Assembly (NCBI GenBank): GCA_965650365.1
Contig: CBFGOJ010000016.1
Coordinates: forward strand, 12,710-76,709
Length of the DNA: 64,000 bases
Direction: 5' to 3'
Origin: an uncultured Fluviicola sp.
Lineage (GTDB): Bacteria > Bacteroidota > Bacteroidia > Flavobacteriales_D > Crocinitomicaceae
The notes under the pieces are model-generated. The model saw only the letters and a program-made list of their open reading frames with translations, did no database searches and was not told the DNA's origin. Position numbers and translations under genes: made by a program. How positions within the stretch are numbered: the stretch's first letter is position 1; every line of letters begins with the position of its first letter. Shown piece by piece: positions 45,668 to 54,901 of the stretch.

Positions 45668-47146
45668 CTATGGAAGATCCTTTTTAATTTCCTCTATAAT
45701 TTTCCCCAGAGTTAATTCGAGCATCAGGCGGAAGGAGAATGCCTGTGTTTTCACCCCAACGCCCCGGTCGCCCATTAAGCCGTTCCGTTCTGCATTGGGA
45801 GTTGTGAAGTCGATGACATAATCCGTTGTTTTGGGAAGTGCGAAACCACATTCAAGAACCAGGGCAGCACGTTTTCCTCCTTTTAAGTCGAGATTACCGC
45901 CTAATGCAAAGACCAAACGACTGTATTGAGAAGATTGAATGTGCTGTTGAGTGAAGAGGTAAAGCGGGTTTCGGTTGTAGTTGAAATCCGTATGTCCGCC
46001 AAATTGAAAAGAAGCTCGTTTGTTAACCTGGACATCAATCCCGATCCCGATATTCGTTACGGATCTTGCGCTTTGTCCATAAGCCAGGAATTTTTGACCG
46101 CCAAATAAGGTTTCAATGGTTGAATCAGGGATAAATTCCGGGTAGCGTTCCGCAGTTGTCGGATCGTCGTGGATCAGGTAATATTTCTGCTGCAGGAATG
46201 TTTCTGCAGTAACGTTCAACCAAACCTTTTTACTCAATTTCAAAGCAATCCCCAAGCTGAACGAAGCCGGATCTTTTATTTTTACTTTGTTCCTGGTAGA
46301 TTTGGAAGCAATAGAGATATCAAACGGCAGCAACCCGTCACCGTCCAGGTTGAGGGTAGAGAATTCCCGCAGGAAAGTACCTCTTCCAACAATGTTGAAG
46401 GTAGGAAGTGTGGCTGCAAAACCAATTCTGAATTTCTGATAATGAAACAGGACGGAAGGTTTGAACATGGCTCTTACATCCCAATAATTAAAGGACATAC
46501 TGGAAGAAAAACGCGTGTCCTGGGAAGAAGAAGTATCCTGCGGAAGAACGGTAATCGAATAATCGTTGTAATACCGCACGCCTTTGAATCCGCCCATGTG
46601 GGTTAAACCCACGGATACATTGTCATTGATATCATAAGAAATTCCAAAACCTACCCAATATTCGATGTTGCGGATTTCCTGGGCATACTTGGAAAGGAAC
46701 TTCTCTTCACCCGGAGCACTGATTGCATCGTATTTCGCGGAATGGAAAGAATTGAGTTTGCTGTTGTGTACATTTTTCGACATGAGCATATATCCCACAT
46801 GCCATTTCGGAAATCTTTTCGGGATCGTGACTCCTGCCACCATATTCGGTACTACTGAAAATTCGGTGCTTTGAAGGTCCTGATCCGGTCCCAGGGAATT
46901 CTGCTGTTTGAATTTCCGGATCTGGTAGGCATTTAACGAGAAGGAAAGTGCTCTTTTTTCGACCAGGGTCATGGCTGCCGCGTTGTAATAAACCATCGAG
47001 TAATCGTCGAGCCCACCAACAGCAGCCCCTCCCAAAGCGGTAGCTTTAATCCCGAATTGATCGTTCCAATAGTGATTGTCCTGACCCCAAGAACTCAGAG
47101 GAAGCAAAATCAGGCCGAGAAAAAGGAAGGTAAAATTTATCTTCAT
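45668..47146 (-). CDS. FadL/TodX-like outer-membrane beta-barrel protein, paralog 2
   Basis: QDNHYWNDQFGIKATALGGAAV...VYYNAAAM. Collinear with 44157..45608. Confidence 0.75.
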   Translation of the reverse strand: MKINFTFLFLGLILLPLSSWGQDNHYWNDQFGIKATALGGAAVGGLDDYSMVYYNAAAMTLVEKRALSFSLNAYQIRKFKQQNSLGPDQDLQSTEFSVVPNMVAGVTIPKRFPKWHVGYMLMSKNVHNSKLNSFHSAKYDAISAPGEEKFLSKYAQEIRNIEYWVGFGISYDINDNVSVGLTHMGGFKGVRYYNDYSITVLPQDTSSSQDTRFSSSMSFNYWDVRAMFKPSVLFHYQKFRIGFAATLPTFNIVGRGTFLREFSTLNLDGDGLLPFDISIASKSTRNKVKIKDPASFSLGIALKLSKKVWLNVTAETFLQQKYYLIHDDPTTAERYPEFIPDSTIETLFGGQKFLAYGQSARSVTNIGIGIDVQVNKRASFQFGGHTDFNYNRNPLYLFTQQHIQSSQYSRLVFALGGNLDLKGGKRAALVLECGFALPKTTDYVIDFTTPNAERNGLMGDRGVGVKTQAFSFRLMLELTLGKIIEEIKKDLP

Positions 47147-47323
47147 CCTTCGAAGATAGTATTCCGAACTCCGAATTCAACATTCTTATTTGCCAAATTA
47201 TCTGAAAAAATCCATTGCAGGTGAAAGTCGCGACTTCACCTTACCGATTTTTTCATTCAGAATCATCTAAATGCCAATATGTCAGGAATTTATTTCCGGT
47301 TTACTTTTTGACGGGCGCCATTC

Positions 47324-48142
47324 GTGAGAATACAAACTAAAATAACCGGTTCGGCAGCTGAAGCGATCATTTATCCGCTGCTTTTATTGCTTCTTTGTTG
47401 GGCAATCTGGCTCCTGGAAACCACTCCGGGCGGTAATGATTTTATTCAGTGGGGAATTCGGCCGCGCCATTGGAGCAGTTGGAAAGGAGTGATTTTCATG
47501 CCGTTATTACATGATCCTTACTCTGTAAAACACCTCCTCAACAATTCCCTTCCGACCTTATTCCTACTAGCAGCCGTGATCTATTATTACCGGGAAATTG
47601 CATTAAAAGTTTTCGTGATGTCCTGGTTAGGAACAGGTTTGATTGTTTGGTGGATTGCACAGGATAATGGTTCGTACCACATTGGAATGAGCGGAGTCAT
47701 TTATGCCTTATTCGGGTTTTTGTTCATTTCCGGTTTCTTTAGAAGGATTCTCGCACTGCAGGGAATTTCATTGGCTGTCATTTTTGTATATGGAAGTATG
47801 ATTTGGGGAATCTTCCCAACCGAACCGGGAATTTCCTGGGAAGGCCACTTTGGCGGATTTATAGTAGGAGCCGGTTTAGCAATTGCCTTTCGAAAACATG
47901 GTCCTGTGAGACAAAAATTTCAATACGAAGTGGAAAAAGAATTGGGAATAGAACCACCGGATCTGGAAGGAATGTGGAGACGAAACCAGGAAGAAATTGC
48001 TTACCGGCAGCACATCGAACAACTATACCGCGAACAGCAAAGTCAATATGGACCTCATCCGCCAATCCGGGTTATCTATCACATAAATCCAATCACGAAA
48101 CCGGATGGGGAAGAAAAACTTCCGGACGGTAACGGAAACTAA
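47324..48142 (+). CDS. Rhomboid family intramembrane serine protease
   Basis: HLLNNS, HIGMSGVIY (catalytic Ser), ISWEGHFGG (catalytic His). Confidence 0.92.
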   Translation: MRIQTKITGSAAEAIIYPLLLLLLCWAIWLLETTPGGNDFIQWGIRPRHWSSWKGVIFMPLLHDPYSVKHLLNNSLPTLFLLAAVIYYYREIALKVFVMSWLGTGLIVWWIAQDNGSYHIGMSGVIYALFGFLFISGFFRRILALQGISLAVIFVYGSMIWGIFPTEPGISWEGHFGGFIVGAGLAIAFRKHGPVRQKFQYEVEKELGIEPPDLEGMWRRNQEEIAYRQHIEQLYREQQSQYGPHPPIRVIYHINPITKPDGEEKLPDGNGN

Positions 48143-48596
48143 TTCCGGCCGTGCCTTCACTTAAATAATCCCAGGATTCGAAAGGAATGGCAAAAGAGAT
48201 CATTTCCGAAGTGCGCATGTGAGTGGGCTCACCCGAAAGATAACCGGCCAACTGCGAAATTCCTTCATTGTGACCTATAATAGTTACAATGCCTTCATTT
48301 TTCCCATGATTTTGGATCGCTTCTATGATCTCCGAATGAAAAGCTTCATACAGTTCTTTTGTCAGTTCATAGTTACAGCGCTCTGTCAAATGCTGACAAA
48401 TAACAGACCTTGTTTGCTGAGTTCTGACAGCGCTCGAACAAATAACTTTTCCGAGATTGATATGATGTGACTGTAAATAGTTGCCCAAAACATTGGCCTG
48501 GGAAATCCCCTTATCTAAAAGTTCACGATCGAAATCCTTCCCGGTTGGTGATATTTGCTGGGTTTTTGCGTGCCGAATGAGATTTAATGTCAACAT
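48093..48596 (-). CDS. sixA: Phosphohistidine phosphatase SixA family
   Basis: LIRHAK, FDREL, CSSAVRTQQT, IGHNEG. Confidence 0.9.
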   Translation of the reverse strand: MLTLNLIRHAKTQQISPTGKDFDRELLDKGISQANVLGNYLQSHHINLGKVICSSAVRTQQTRSVICQHLTERCNYELTKELYEAFHSEIIEAIQNHGKNEGIVTIIGHNEGISQLAGYLSGEPTHMRTSEMISFAIPFESWDYLSEGTAGISFRYRPEVFLPHPVS

Positions 48597-48702
48597 TTTT
48601 ACTTAATTTCCAACCAAATGTAAAGATAGGACGTTATGTGTAAAAAGCAAGATTCAACTTTCAACATTTTGACTTGTTAATGAACAATTTGAACCCAAAT
48701 AA

Positions 48703-49278
48703 ATGCAAGTAACCAAACAGATATTGTTGGGGTCCGCTGAAAATGATAGACGCTCGCAAAAAGTGCTCTACGAGTATTGTTACAGGCAGTTTATTCGCCT
48801 GTGCATGCGCTATTATGCCAATCACGAGGACGCACGATTTGCATTGAATAATGGGTTTTTGAAGATTGTAAACGGCTTGCAGAATGTGGATTTGGATGAA
48901 TTGAACTTTCCTGCCTGGGCAAAACGAATTATTGTAAACACGCTGATTGATGAATACCGCAAGAATAAAAATCACAATCAGCTAATAATAGCGAAGGAAA
49001 CAGAGTCAGAACTGGCGAATTCTGCTGAAAGGGTTGAAAATTTAGGATCATTGGAATTGAATTACCAGGAAATCCTCGATCTTTTAAAAACCATTCCGCC
49101 GATTTCAGCACATGTTTTTACGCTTTATGTGATTGACGGATATAACCACAAGGAAATCGGTGATTTACTCGAGATTTCCGAAGGAACTTCTAAATGGCAT
49201 CTTTCTACGGCACGAAAACTGCTAAGAGACAGATTGGAATTGATGGAGAACAGGTACGACAAACGCTTTGTAATATGA
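48703..49278 (+). CDS. ECF (sigma-70 family) RNA polymerase sigma factor
   Basis: LNNGFLKI, AWAKRIIVNT.IDEYRK (region 2), VFTLYVIDGYNHKEIGDLLEISEGTSKWHLS.AR (region 4). Confidence 0.95.
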   Translation: MQVTKQILLGSAENDRRSQKVLYEYCYRQFIRLCMRYYANHEDARFALNNGFLKIVNGLQNVDLDELNFPAWAKRIIVNTLIDEYRKNKNHNQLIIAKETESELANSAERVENLGSLELNYQEILDLLKTIPPISAHVFTLYVIDGYNHKEIGDLLEISEGTSKWHLSTARKLLRDRLELMENRYDKRFVI

Positions 49279-50507
49279 AATATTCAGACCGACATATCAG
49301 CGACGAAGAGCTGGATCAGTTGTTCAGAGACGCACATGCTTCTGAAGGACCAGAGGCGCTCTTTGTTCCGGAGTTCTGGTCTGACATGGAAGCCATGCTC
49401 CCGGCAGATCCCAAAAAGAAACGCGGGTTTTATTGGATTCCTTTAGCAGCTGCAAGCATTTTGGTTGGAATTATTCTATTCTATCCTTCTAATCCTGCGA
49501 AAATTGAACACTTTACACAGAATGAGAAAGATAATGCGAATGAGAAGGAAATCCGTAGCCGATCAGTTGCGGCTGATCGCTACGAAAGATTAAATGAGAA
49601 ATCAGAAAATCCGGTAATTGTTGCAAATACAACGGTTCAATCGTCTGATATTGCATCACATAAACCGCAAATCAAAACAACGTTTAAAACGAAGAAAAAA
49701 CAAATACGCATCCAGGAATCGGATAACAACACAGTGAAAGAAACACCTCTTAATTCAACAGATAGAAACAGTGAAAATCCGGCGGATAGAGTTGTAACCG
49801 TAAACCAGGAGATTGATTCCAATCCTCATTCTCTTTCTCCCCTTGATTCTGTTAACCTGCAGGCTCGTTACGAGAACGTTCGCCACGACCAGATTGAAGC
49901 TTTGCCAGCTAATTTGTCGAATGAATCCAGTGAATGGTATGTGGAATTAGGTCCGACCCTTGGTCAATCTCCTTACTTGTCTCCTGACCAGAAACGCAAT
50001 GCGGCCGGTGGTGCAGTATTCGGTGGTGGGTATACCAAAAGAATTGATAATGCCTTTGTAAGTTTTGGTTTGCAGGCACGAATGGAAGGTTTTGGGGGAT
50101 TGGAATACCGCGAAACAAACTTCTCTCAGAATATGGTGAGAACGGTTTCTGTGAAACAATTGTATTCTTTGGAAATTCCTTTGAAATTTGGTTATAGCTT
50201 TAAACGTTCAGAGTTTGCTATAGGCGTTACACCGGGATTGCAATTATTCCTACATGGAAAAGAGCGGATCACCGAAAATCAGGTGGTACAACGTGAAAAT
50301 AAATTCACCGGAAAAGTAGAACATTCCAATTCATTGACCATGGAATTCGGTTTGCAGTACTATTATAACATTACTCCACGCTTTAGTCTTGGTGCGAAAT
50401 TGAATGCAGATATTTTACGTCCTTTCCATACGGATTATTACTTAGGTAAATCTGCCGGACTTCCAATGAATGGGCAAATTGTGTTCCGGACAAGATTCCT
50501 GAAGTAG
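49275..50507 (+). CDS. Putative anti-sigma factor: cytoplasmic N-segment, TM helix, linker, C-terminal outer-membrane beta-barrel
   Basis: DEELDQLFR...WSDMEAML, TM FYWIPLAAASILVGIILFY, low-complexity linker, barrel with YSLEIPLKFGY. ATG 49275 overlaps the sigma stop. Confidence 0.75.
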   Translation: MKYSDRHISDEELDQLFRDAHASEGPEALFVPEFWSDMEAMLPADPKKKRGFYWIPLAAASILVGIILFYPSNPAKIEHFTQNEKDNANEKEIRSRSVAADRYERLNEKSENPVIVANTTVQSSDIASHKPQIKTTFKTKKKQIRIQESDNNTVKETPLNSTDRNSENPADRVVTVNQEIDSNPHSLSPLDSVNLQARYENVRHDQIEALPANLSNESSEWYVELGPTLGQSPYLSPDQKRNAAGGAVFGGGYTKRIDNAFVSFGLQARMEGFGGLEYRETNFSQNMVRTVSVKQLYSLEIPLKFGYSFKRSEFAIGVTPGLQLFLHGKERITENQVVQRENKFTGKVEHSNSLTMEFGLQYYYNITPRFSLGAKLNADILRPFHTDYYLGKSAGLPMNGQIVFRTRFLK

Positions 50508-50531
50508 GGACGCTACGCATCGCGTCCCTAC
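50504..50531. repeat. GTAG-type REP hairpin, copy 3 (reverse orientation)
   Basis: GTAGGGACGCTA-CGCA-TCGCGTCCCTAC. Its GTAG contains the TAG stop of the preceding gene. Confidence 0.9.
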
Positions 50532-50567
50532 ATTCGATTTTTTCTTGCTATATTTGTCCAAACTACT

Positions 50568-51650
50568 TTGAAAATGAAACATTTACTACTCCCGGTTCTT
50601 GCGATAAGCTCCCTTTCTTTTGGCCAGATTACATTGACGGATCAGCATTTTGCCGGACCAGGTGAATCGTATGTTTTTAGTACGCTCACTGATCCGACAA
50701 TTGATTATGCTGCAACCGGTACAAATTACATTTGGGATTTCTCAGATTTGATTCCACAAGACCAGAGAGGCTTCACCACTCGCCCAAGCAGTCAGATCTC
50801 CGGATTGTCGATCATCCAGTTCGGAAGTTTTGCTCCGGCTCCATACAAAGCAACCTATTTCAATTCCTCTACTGATTTGCCTTTGGACCAGGCATCTGGT
50901 TTTTTGCCCATTCCTATTGAGGAATTGAATGCATTCACTAAAAAAACAGCAACGGCAATTACTTCTATCGGTTATGAATTGGTAAGTAACGGCCAGGGAA
51001 TCGGATTTCGTTCCGATACTATTGAAACACGCTATGCACTTCCAATGACATATGGAAATAACTACGAATCGCGTGGGTACACAGACCTGGACTTAAATCC
51101 GATCTACGATGCACAATGGAAACAATACCGTCACCGTGTTACGAATGTAGATGGTTGGGGAACGGTAAAAACACCCTTTGGAACTTTCCAGGCATTGCGC
51201 ATTCATCATGTGATCGATGAATTTGATTCGATTTATATCAGTTTCCAGGGCTTTGGTACGTGGGTTCCGATCCCGGTTCCCTTAGCACATGAGTACGAAT
51301 GGAGATCTACTTCTGATAAAGAAGCAGTGATGCGAATTAGAACCAGCGAAGTAATGGGAAATGAGACGGTTACTGCAGTAGAATACAGAGATGATTTCAA
51401 TGGATTGGGATTGACAGAAAGCAAATTGCCCGTTTCATGCTACCCGAATCCGGTTGTCAACGAATTGCACATTTCAACTCCTGAAATAGCTGAAAGCTTC
51501 TTTGTTACAGATCAATCAGGACGTATTTGGAAGCAGGTTCCGGGATCATCAAAAGACCAGGTGATCGATGTTTCTGAATTGGCTTCCGGATCTTATTCAT
51601 TGGTTGTTTTGTTTTCAAATGGCTTTACATCCGTAAAATTCATTAAATAA
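50568..51650 (+). CDS. Secreted protein with T9SS type A C-terminal sorting domain
   Basis: Signal peptide, DGWGTVKTPFGTF motif, C-terminal CYPNPVVNELHI...IDVSELASGSY. Confidence 0.88.
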   Translation: MKMKHLLLPVLAISSLSFGQITLTDQHFAGPGESYVFSTLTDPTIDYAATGTNYIWDFSDLIPQDQRGFTTRPSSQISGLSIIQFGSFAPAPYKATYFNSSTDLPLDQASGFLPIPIEELNAFTKKTATAITSIGYELVSNGQGIGFRSDTIETRYALPMTYGNNYESRGYTDLDLNPIYDAQWKQYRHRVTNVDGWGTVKTPFGTFQALRIHHVIDEFDSIYISFQGFGTWVPIPVPLAHEYEWRSTSDKEAVMRIRTSEVMGNETVTAVEYRDDFNGLGLTESKLPVSCYPNPVVNELHISTPEIAESFFVTDQSGRIWKQVPGSSKDQVIDVSELASGSYSLVVLFSNGFTSVKFIK

Positions 51651-51669
51651 GCGTAATTTTGTCTTAAGC

Positions 51670-52082
51670 AAGCCGACTGTCGCGTTGATCCCGGATATCC
51701 GGGATTGCCGAGGAAAGTCCGGGCAGCATAGAGTAACCGTGCTTCCTAACGGGAAGGATCTATTCGGGAAACTGAACAGGTACAGAAAGTGCAGCAGAAA
51801 ATAGGTAGCCTGCCTTCGTTCTTCGGAGTTTTGGCAGGTGATAGTGAAAAGGGGAGGTAAGAGCTCACCGTTCCGGTGGTGACATTCGGAAGCTAGGTAA
51901 ACCTCACGGGCTGAAAGATCATGTAAACCAGGCGAGTAGAGCTGCTCGTTCTCTCCCTGACTTTTGTCAGGGTGCCTGGAGGGTAGATCGATAGATGCTG
52001 ATGGTGACATCAGTGCTAGATAAATGACAGTCAGTTCGGTCCGCCTCGGCAGATCGGATGTACAGAACCCGGCTTATGGCTT
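51670..52082 (+). ncRNA. rnpB: RNase P RNA (type A)
   Basis: GAGGAAAGTCCGGGC, GAAAGTGCAGCAGAAA, GGTAAACC and ACAGAACCCGGCTTA conserved boxes. P1 AAGCC/GGCTT. Confidence 0.97.
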
Positions 52083-52553
52083 GTTTTTTTTATGATTCTC
52101 CTTGTAAGCTCGTTTGTGGGCTTTCAAAACCGTTTCAATAGTTCCGCCTTGCATAGGCTTTCCACAGAGAATGGTGTGGTATTGAACTCCGTCAAATTTG
52201 AATTTCAGGAAAGTCACCGATAACCCCAAAAGGGCGAAAGATCGAGCTTTTTTGATACAAATGAATTCCAGTACAAAAGAGCGTTCCGATAATAATTTGA
52301 GGATTACCACATCGTTTTTAATGTAGCCGGTTGCAAGACTTACACGAATAAACTTTACCCAAATGGTGAAAATAATTCCCAATCCGGCAGTTGTCGCTAA
52401 AGGAATGGAAAAATGATTGGTCATTTGAATCGAAAGGACTACAAACAGGGAACTTACTAACAGGTATGTACCCACAAGAACGCCAAAGGTTTGTTTTCGG
52501 TTATCCGGGTTTAATAGTATTCGATCCGTATTCAAGAGCACGGTAGAATTCAT
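52074..52553 (-). CDS. Hypothetical membrane protein
   Basis: Two N-terminal TM helices and a beta-rich C-terminus. Its stop overlaps the rnpB 3' end. Confidence 0.65.
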   Translation of the reverse strand: MNSTVLLNTDRILLNPDNRKQTFGVLVGTYLLVSSLFVVLSIQMTNHFSIPLATTAGLGIIFTIWVKFIRVSLATGYIKNDVVILKLLSERSFVLEFICIKKARSFALLGLSVTFLKFKFDGVQYHTILCGKPMQGGTIETVLKAHKRAYKENHKKNKP

Positions 52554-52653
52554 AATAGTAGTATGAGTTTGACTAAAAGTAAGTTAAATTTAAAATACTC
52601 TTTAGAATTTAACAAATTAATTTTAAGTCACTTAAACGAAGTTCGGTCAGGAA

Positions 52654-53520
52654 CTAATGTATTTCAAGAGATCTGATCAGGAAATTAGGCTGAATGGTTT
52701 TGAAAGTGGAAAGTTGATTCCGATTAGACGCAATTTGGTATTGGAAGCGGGAATAAAATGCCACGAATTGCTGTGAAGCTACTTTGTTCCGGCTATACCG
52801 GTAAAGGCTTACGCTCGTGAAATTCGTCATGAATCGCTGGTTCTCTACCAGGTAATCGAAACAGTTGGATTTGTCGTAGCGGATATCTTTTTCAGATAAT
52901 TCGGTTACCTGGCTCAGGGTGGAAATGCTGTATTTCGAATTAACAGGAACACGATCGTTGTCAAGATTTGCAAACTTCTTGGTTTTCTTCAGTTTCAACA
53001 GGTAAGAATTTCGGTTGGATTCGATCGTAATTTTAGGGTGGATTGAGATGCTGTCATTTTTGAATTTATCCCAGTTGACCGCCGTACAATGCGCGCTGGA
53101 ATCTTTTTTCGAAACCAGGATCAGCGGATCATGACAAACAGGAACCCAGAAACCATGGTTGTTGTTGAACTGGCGGTCGATATTCCTGAAAAAGCTGCGG
53201 TCTCTGAGCTGACCGAACAGACTTTGATTGTAGAGTGCTTCCCGCAGGCTGTCAGAAGAAATTAACAAAACATCAATTCCGGTATTGAACTTGTTTTTTC
53301 GAATAGTTTTGGCAATTTCATCGGTGGTTTGATAAACGACCTGCACTGAAATATGCCTGGATTCCTCAAATTCTTTGATGATCAAACTATCTGCCGGACA
53401 GTAGGTATCCGTGTAAACCACCACCTTTGGATGTGCGTTGGGTTTTGCTTCGTCTAAAACGCAGGAATGAAGTCCAATAAGAAGTCCGGAAAAAAGGACA
53501 TAAATCTTCCAATTCAACAT
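52654..53520 (-). CDS. Periplasmic-binding-protein-like lipoprotein (Fe3+/AfuA-type N-terminus)
   Basis: Lipobox LIGLHSC, VVVYTD...IIKEFEE...ISVQVVY...DVLLI typical of SBP family 1. Confidence 0.6.
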   Translation of the reverse strand: MLNWKIYVLFSGLLIGLHSCVLDEAKPNAHPKVVVYTDTYCPADSLIIKEFEESRHISVQVVYQTTDEIAKTIRKNKFNTGIDVLLISSDSLREALYNQSLFGQLRDRSFFRNIDRQFNNNHGFWVPVCHDPLILVSKKDSSAHCTAVNWDKFKNDSISIHPKITIESNRNSYLLKLKKTKKFANLDNDRVPVNSKYSISTLSQVTELSEKDIRYDKSNCFDYLVENQRFMTNFTSVSLYRYSRNKVASQQFVAFYSRFQYQIASNRNQLSTFKTIQPNFLIRSLEIH

Positions 53521-53567
53521 GGATCAAAGATAGTGGTATTTCGTACTTTTGTAAAAAAAAGATTCCC

Positions 53568-54146
53568 GTGTCAAAAAGCAATCTCAATAAACAGGACAAG
53601 TTAAAGATCAATACACTCTTGAGTGATTTGAAAAGCAAGGATAAAGTAAAGGTTGCTGGTGCAATTAAGGCATTTTCCGTTCATGGACATGCAACGATTA
53701 TCGAACCAATTATGGAAGTTTGGAGATCCGGTTTGTCTGTTGAAAATGAAGCACTGGTTATTGATCTGCTTCAAAGTTTGAAAGATACTTCTACTATTGA
53801 ACCTTTGATGGAAGCATTTAATGATCCTCAGAATGTTTCTTTGCGCAGAAAACTGGCAAGTACTTTCTGGAACTCAAAACTGGATTTCTCAGATTACCTG
53901 GCAGATTTTGTACTGTTCGGAATTGAAGGTGACCTTTTGGATGCTTTGGAAGTGATTACACTCGTTGAAAACTTCGAAACCGTTGCGCCGGAATCCGCTA
54001 TTTTGGAATCGCAATTATTACTGACGGAATATTTCGGGCAGACAGAAAAGCGAGACGATCAAAAAGATGCAATCTTAACGGATTTGGCTTTGCTTTTGAA
54101 AGATTTCTCGGAGCAGGAGGGAACGGACGATTTGTTCTTAGAATAA
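53568..54146 (+). CDS. HEAT-repeat-like hypothetical protein
   Basis: All-helical pattern (VAGAIKAF, IDLLQSLKD, LMEAF, KLASTFWNS). Confidence 0.65.
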   Translation: MSKSNLNKQDKLKINTLLSDLKSKDKVKVAGAIKAFSVHGHATIIEPIMEVWRSGLSVENEALVIDLLQSLKDTSTIEPLMEAFNDPQNVSLRRKLASTFWNSKLDFSDYLADFVLFGIEGDLLDALEVITLVENFETVAPESAILESQLLLTEYFGQTEKRDDQKDAILTDLALLLKDFSEQEGTDDLFLE

Positions 54147-54752
54147 ACCGTTTATTTCTGCGTCAATTGACTGGATGATCTTTCCAAGGTCTTCCTGGTT
54201 TTCAGGGAAACGATTGTTGTCTACATCAATGATCAATAGTTTACCGCTGTCGTAAGTAGAAATCCAGGCTTCGTAACGCTCATTCAAACGCTTTAAGTAA
54301 TCCAAACGGATACTTTCCTCGTATTCTCTTCCGCGCTGCTGGATCTGGTTCACCAATGTAGGAACCGAAGCTCTCAGGTAAATCAATAAATCCGGTGCGG
54401 AAACAAAAGAATCCATCAGGTTGAATAAAGAAAAGTAGTTTTCAAAATCGCGGGTTGTCATCAACCCCATGGAATGAAGGTTTGGCGCAAAAATGAAGGC
54501 ATCCTCATAAATTGTTCGGTCCTGTATCACGTGAGTCTTACTATTCTGGATCTCCTGGATCTGGGTGAATCGGGAATTCAAATAGTAAATCTGCAGGTTG
54601 AAAGACCAGCGCTGCATATCTTCATAAAAGTCATTTAGATACGGATTCATTTCAACGTCCTCAAAATGAGTTCCCCAGTTATAATGTTTTGCCAACATTT
54701 GTGTCAGGGTTGTCTTTCCGGATCCAATATTTCCAGCTACTGCGATGTGCAT
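54138..54752 (-). CDS. Deoxynucleoside kinase (dNK family)
   Basis: AGNIGSGKTT P-loop, NPYL.DFY, IQDRTIYED, YLRAS...RGREYE. Confidence 0.95.
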   Translation of the reverse strand: MHIAVAGNIGSGKTTLTQMLAKHYNWGTHFEDVEMNPYLNDFYEDMQRWSFNLQIYYLNSRFTQIQEIQNSKTHVIQDRTIYEDAFIFAPNLHSMGLMTTRDFENYFSLFNLMDSFVSAPDLLIYLRASVPTLVNQIQQRGREYEESIRLDYLKRLNERYEAWISTYDSGKLLIIDVDNNRFPENQEDLGKIIQSIDAEINGLF

Positions 54753-54870
54753 AATTTATGAGTTTTTCGGGGTGACTAAATTACAAAATCTGCCTACATA
54801 AATGGCTCTTTCTGCAAAAAATAATTACTGCTGTGTGATTGCACGAATTGGCTTTGTGGGTTGTTGGGTT

Positions 54871-54898
54871 GTAGGTACGCAATGCGTTGCGTACCTAC
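54871..54898. repeat. GTAG-type REP hairpin, copy 4
   Basis: GTAGGTACGCAA-TGCG-TTGCGTACCTAC, perfect stem, 3 nt after the stop at 54902. Confidence 0.9.
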
Positions 54899-54901
54899 GG
54901 T

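Noticed and set aside
52030-52062. TCCGCCTCGGCAGA segment in rnpB as an inserted repeat
   Set aside because: It could equally be a normal variable helix of RNase P RNA; this cannot be decided without an alignment.
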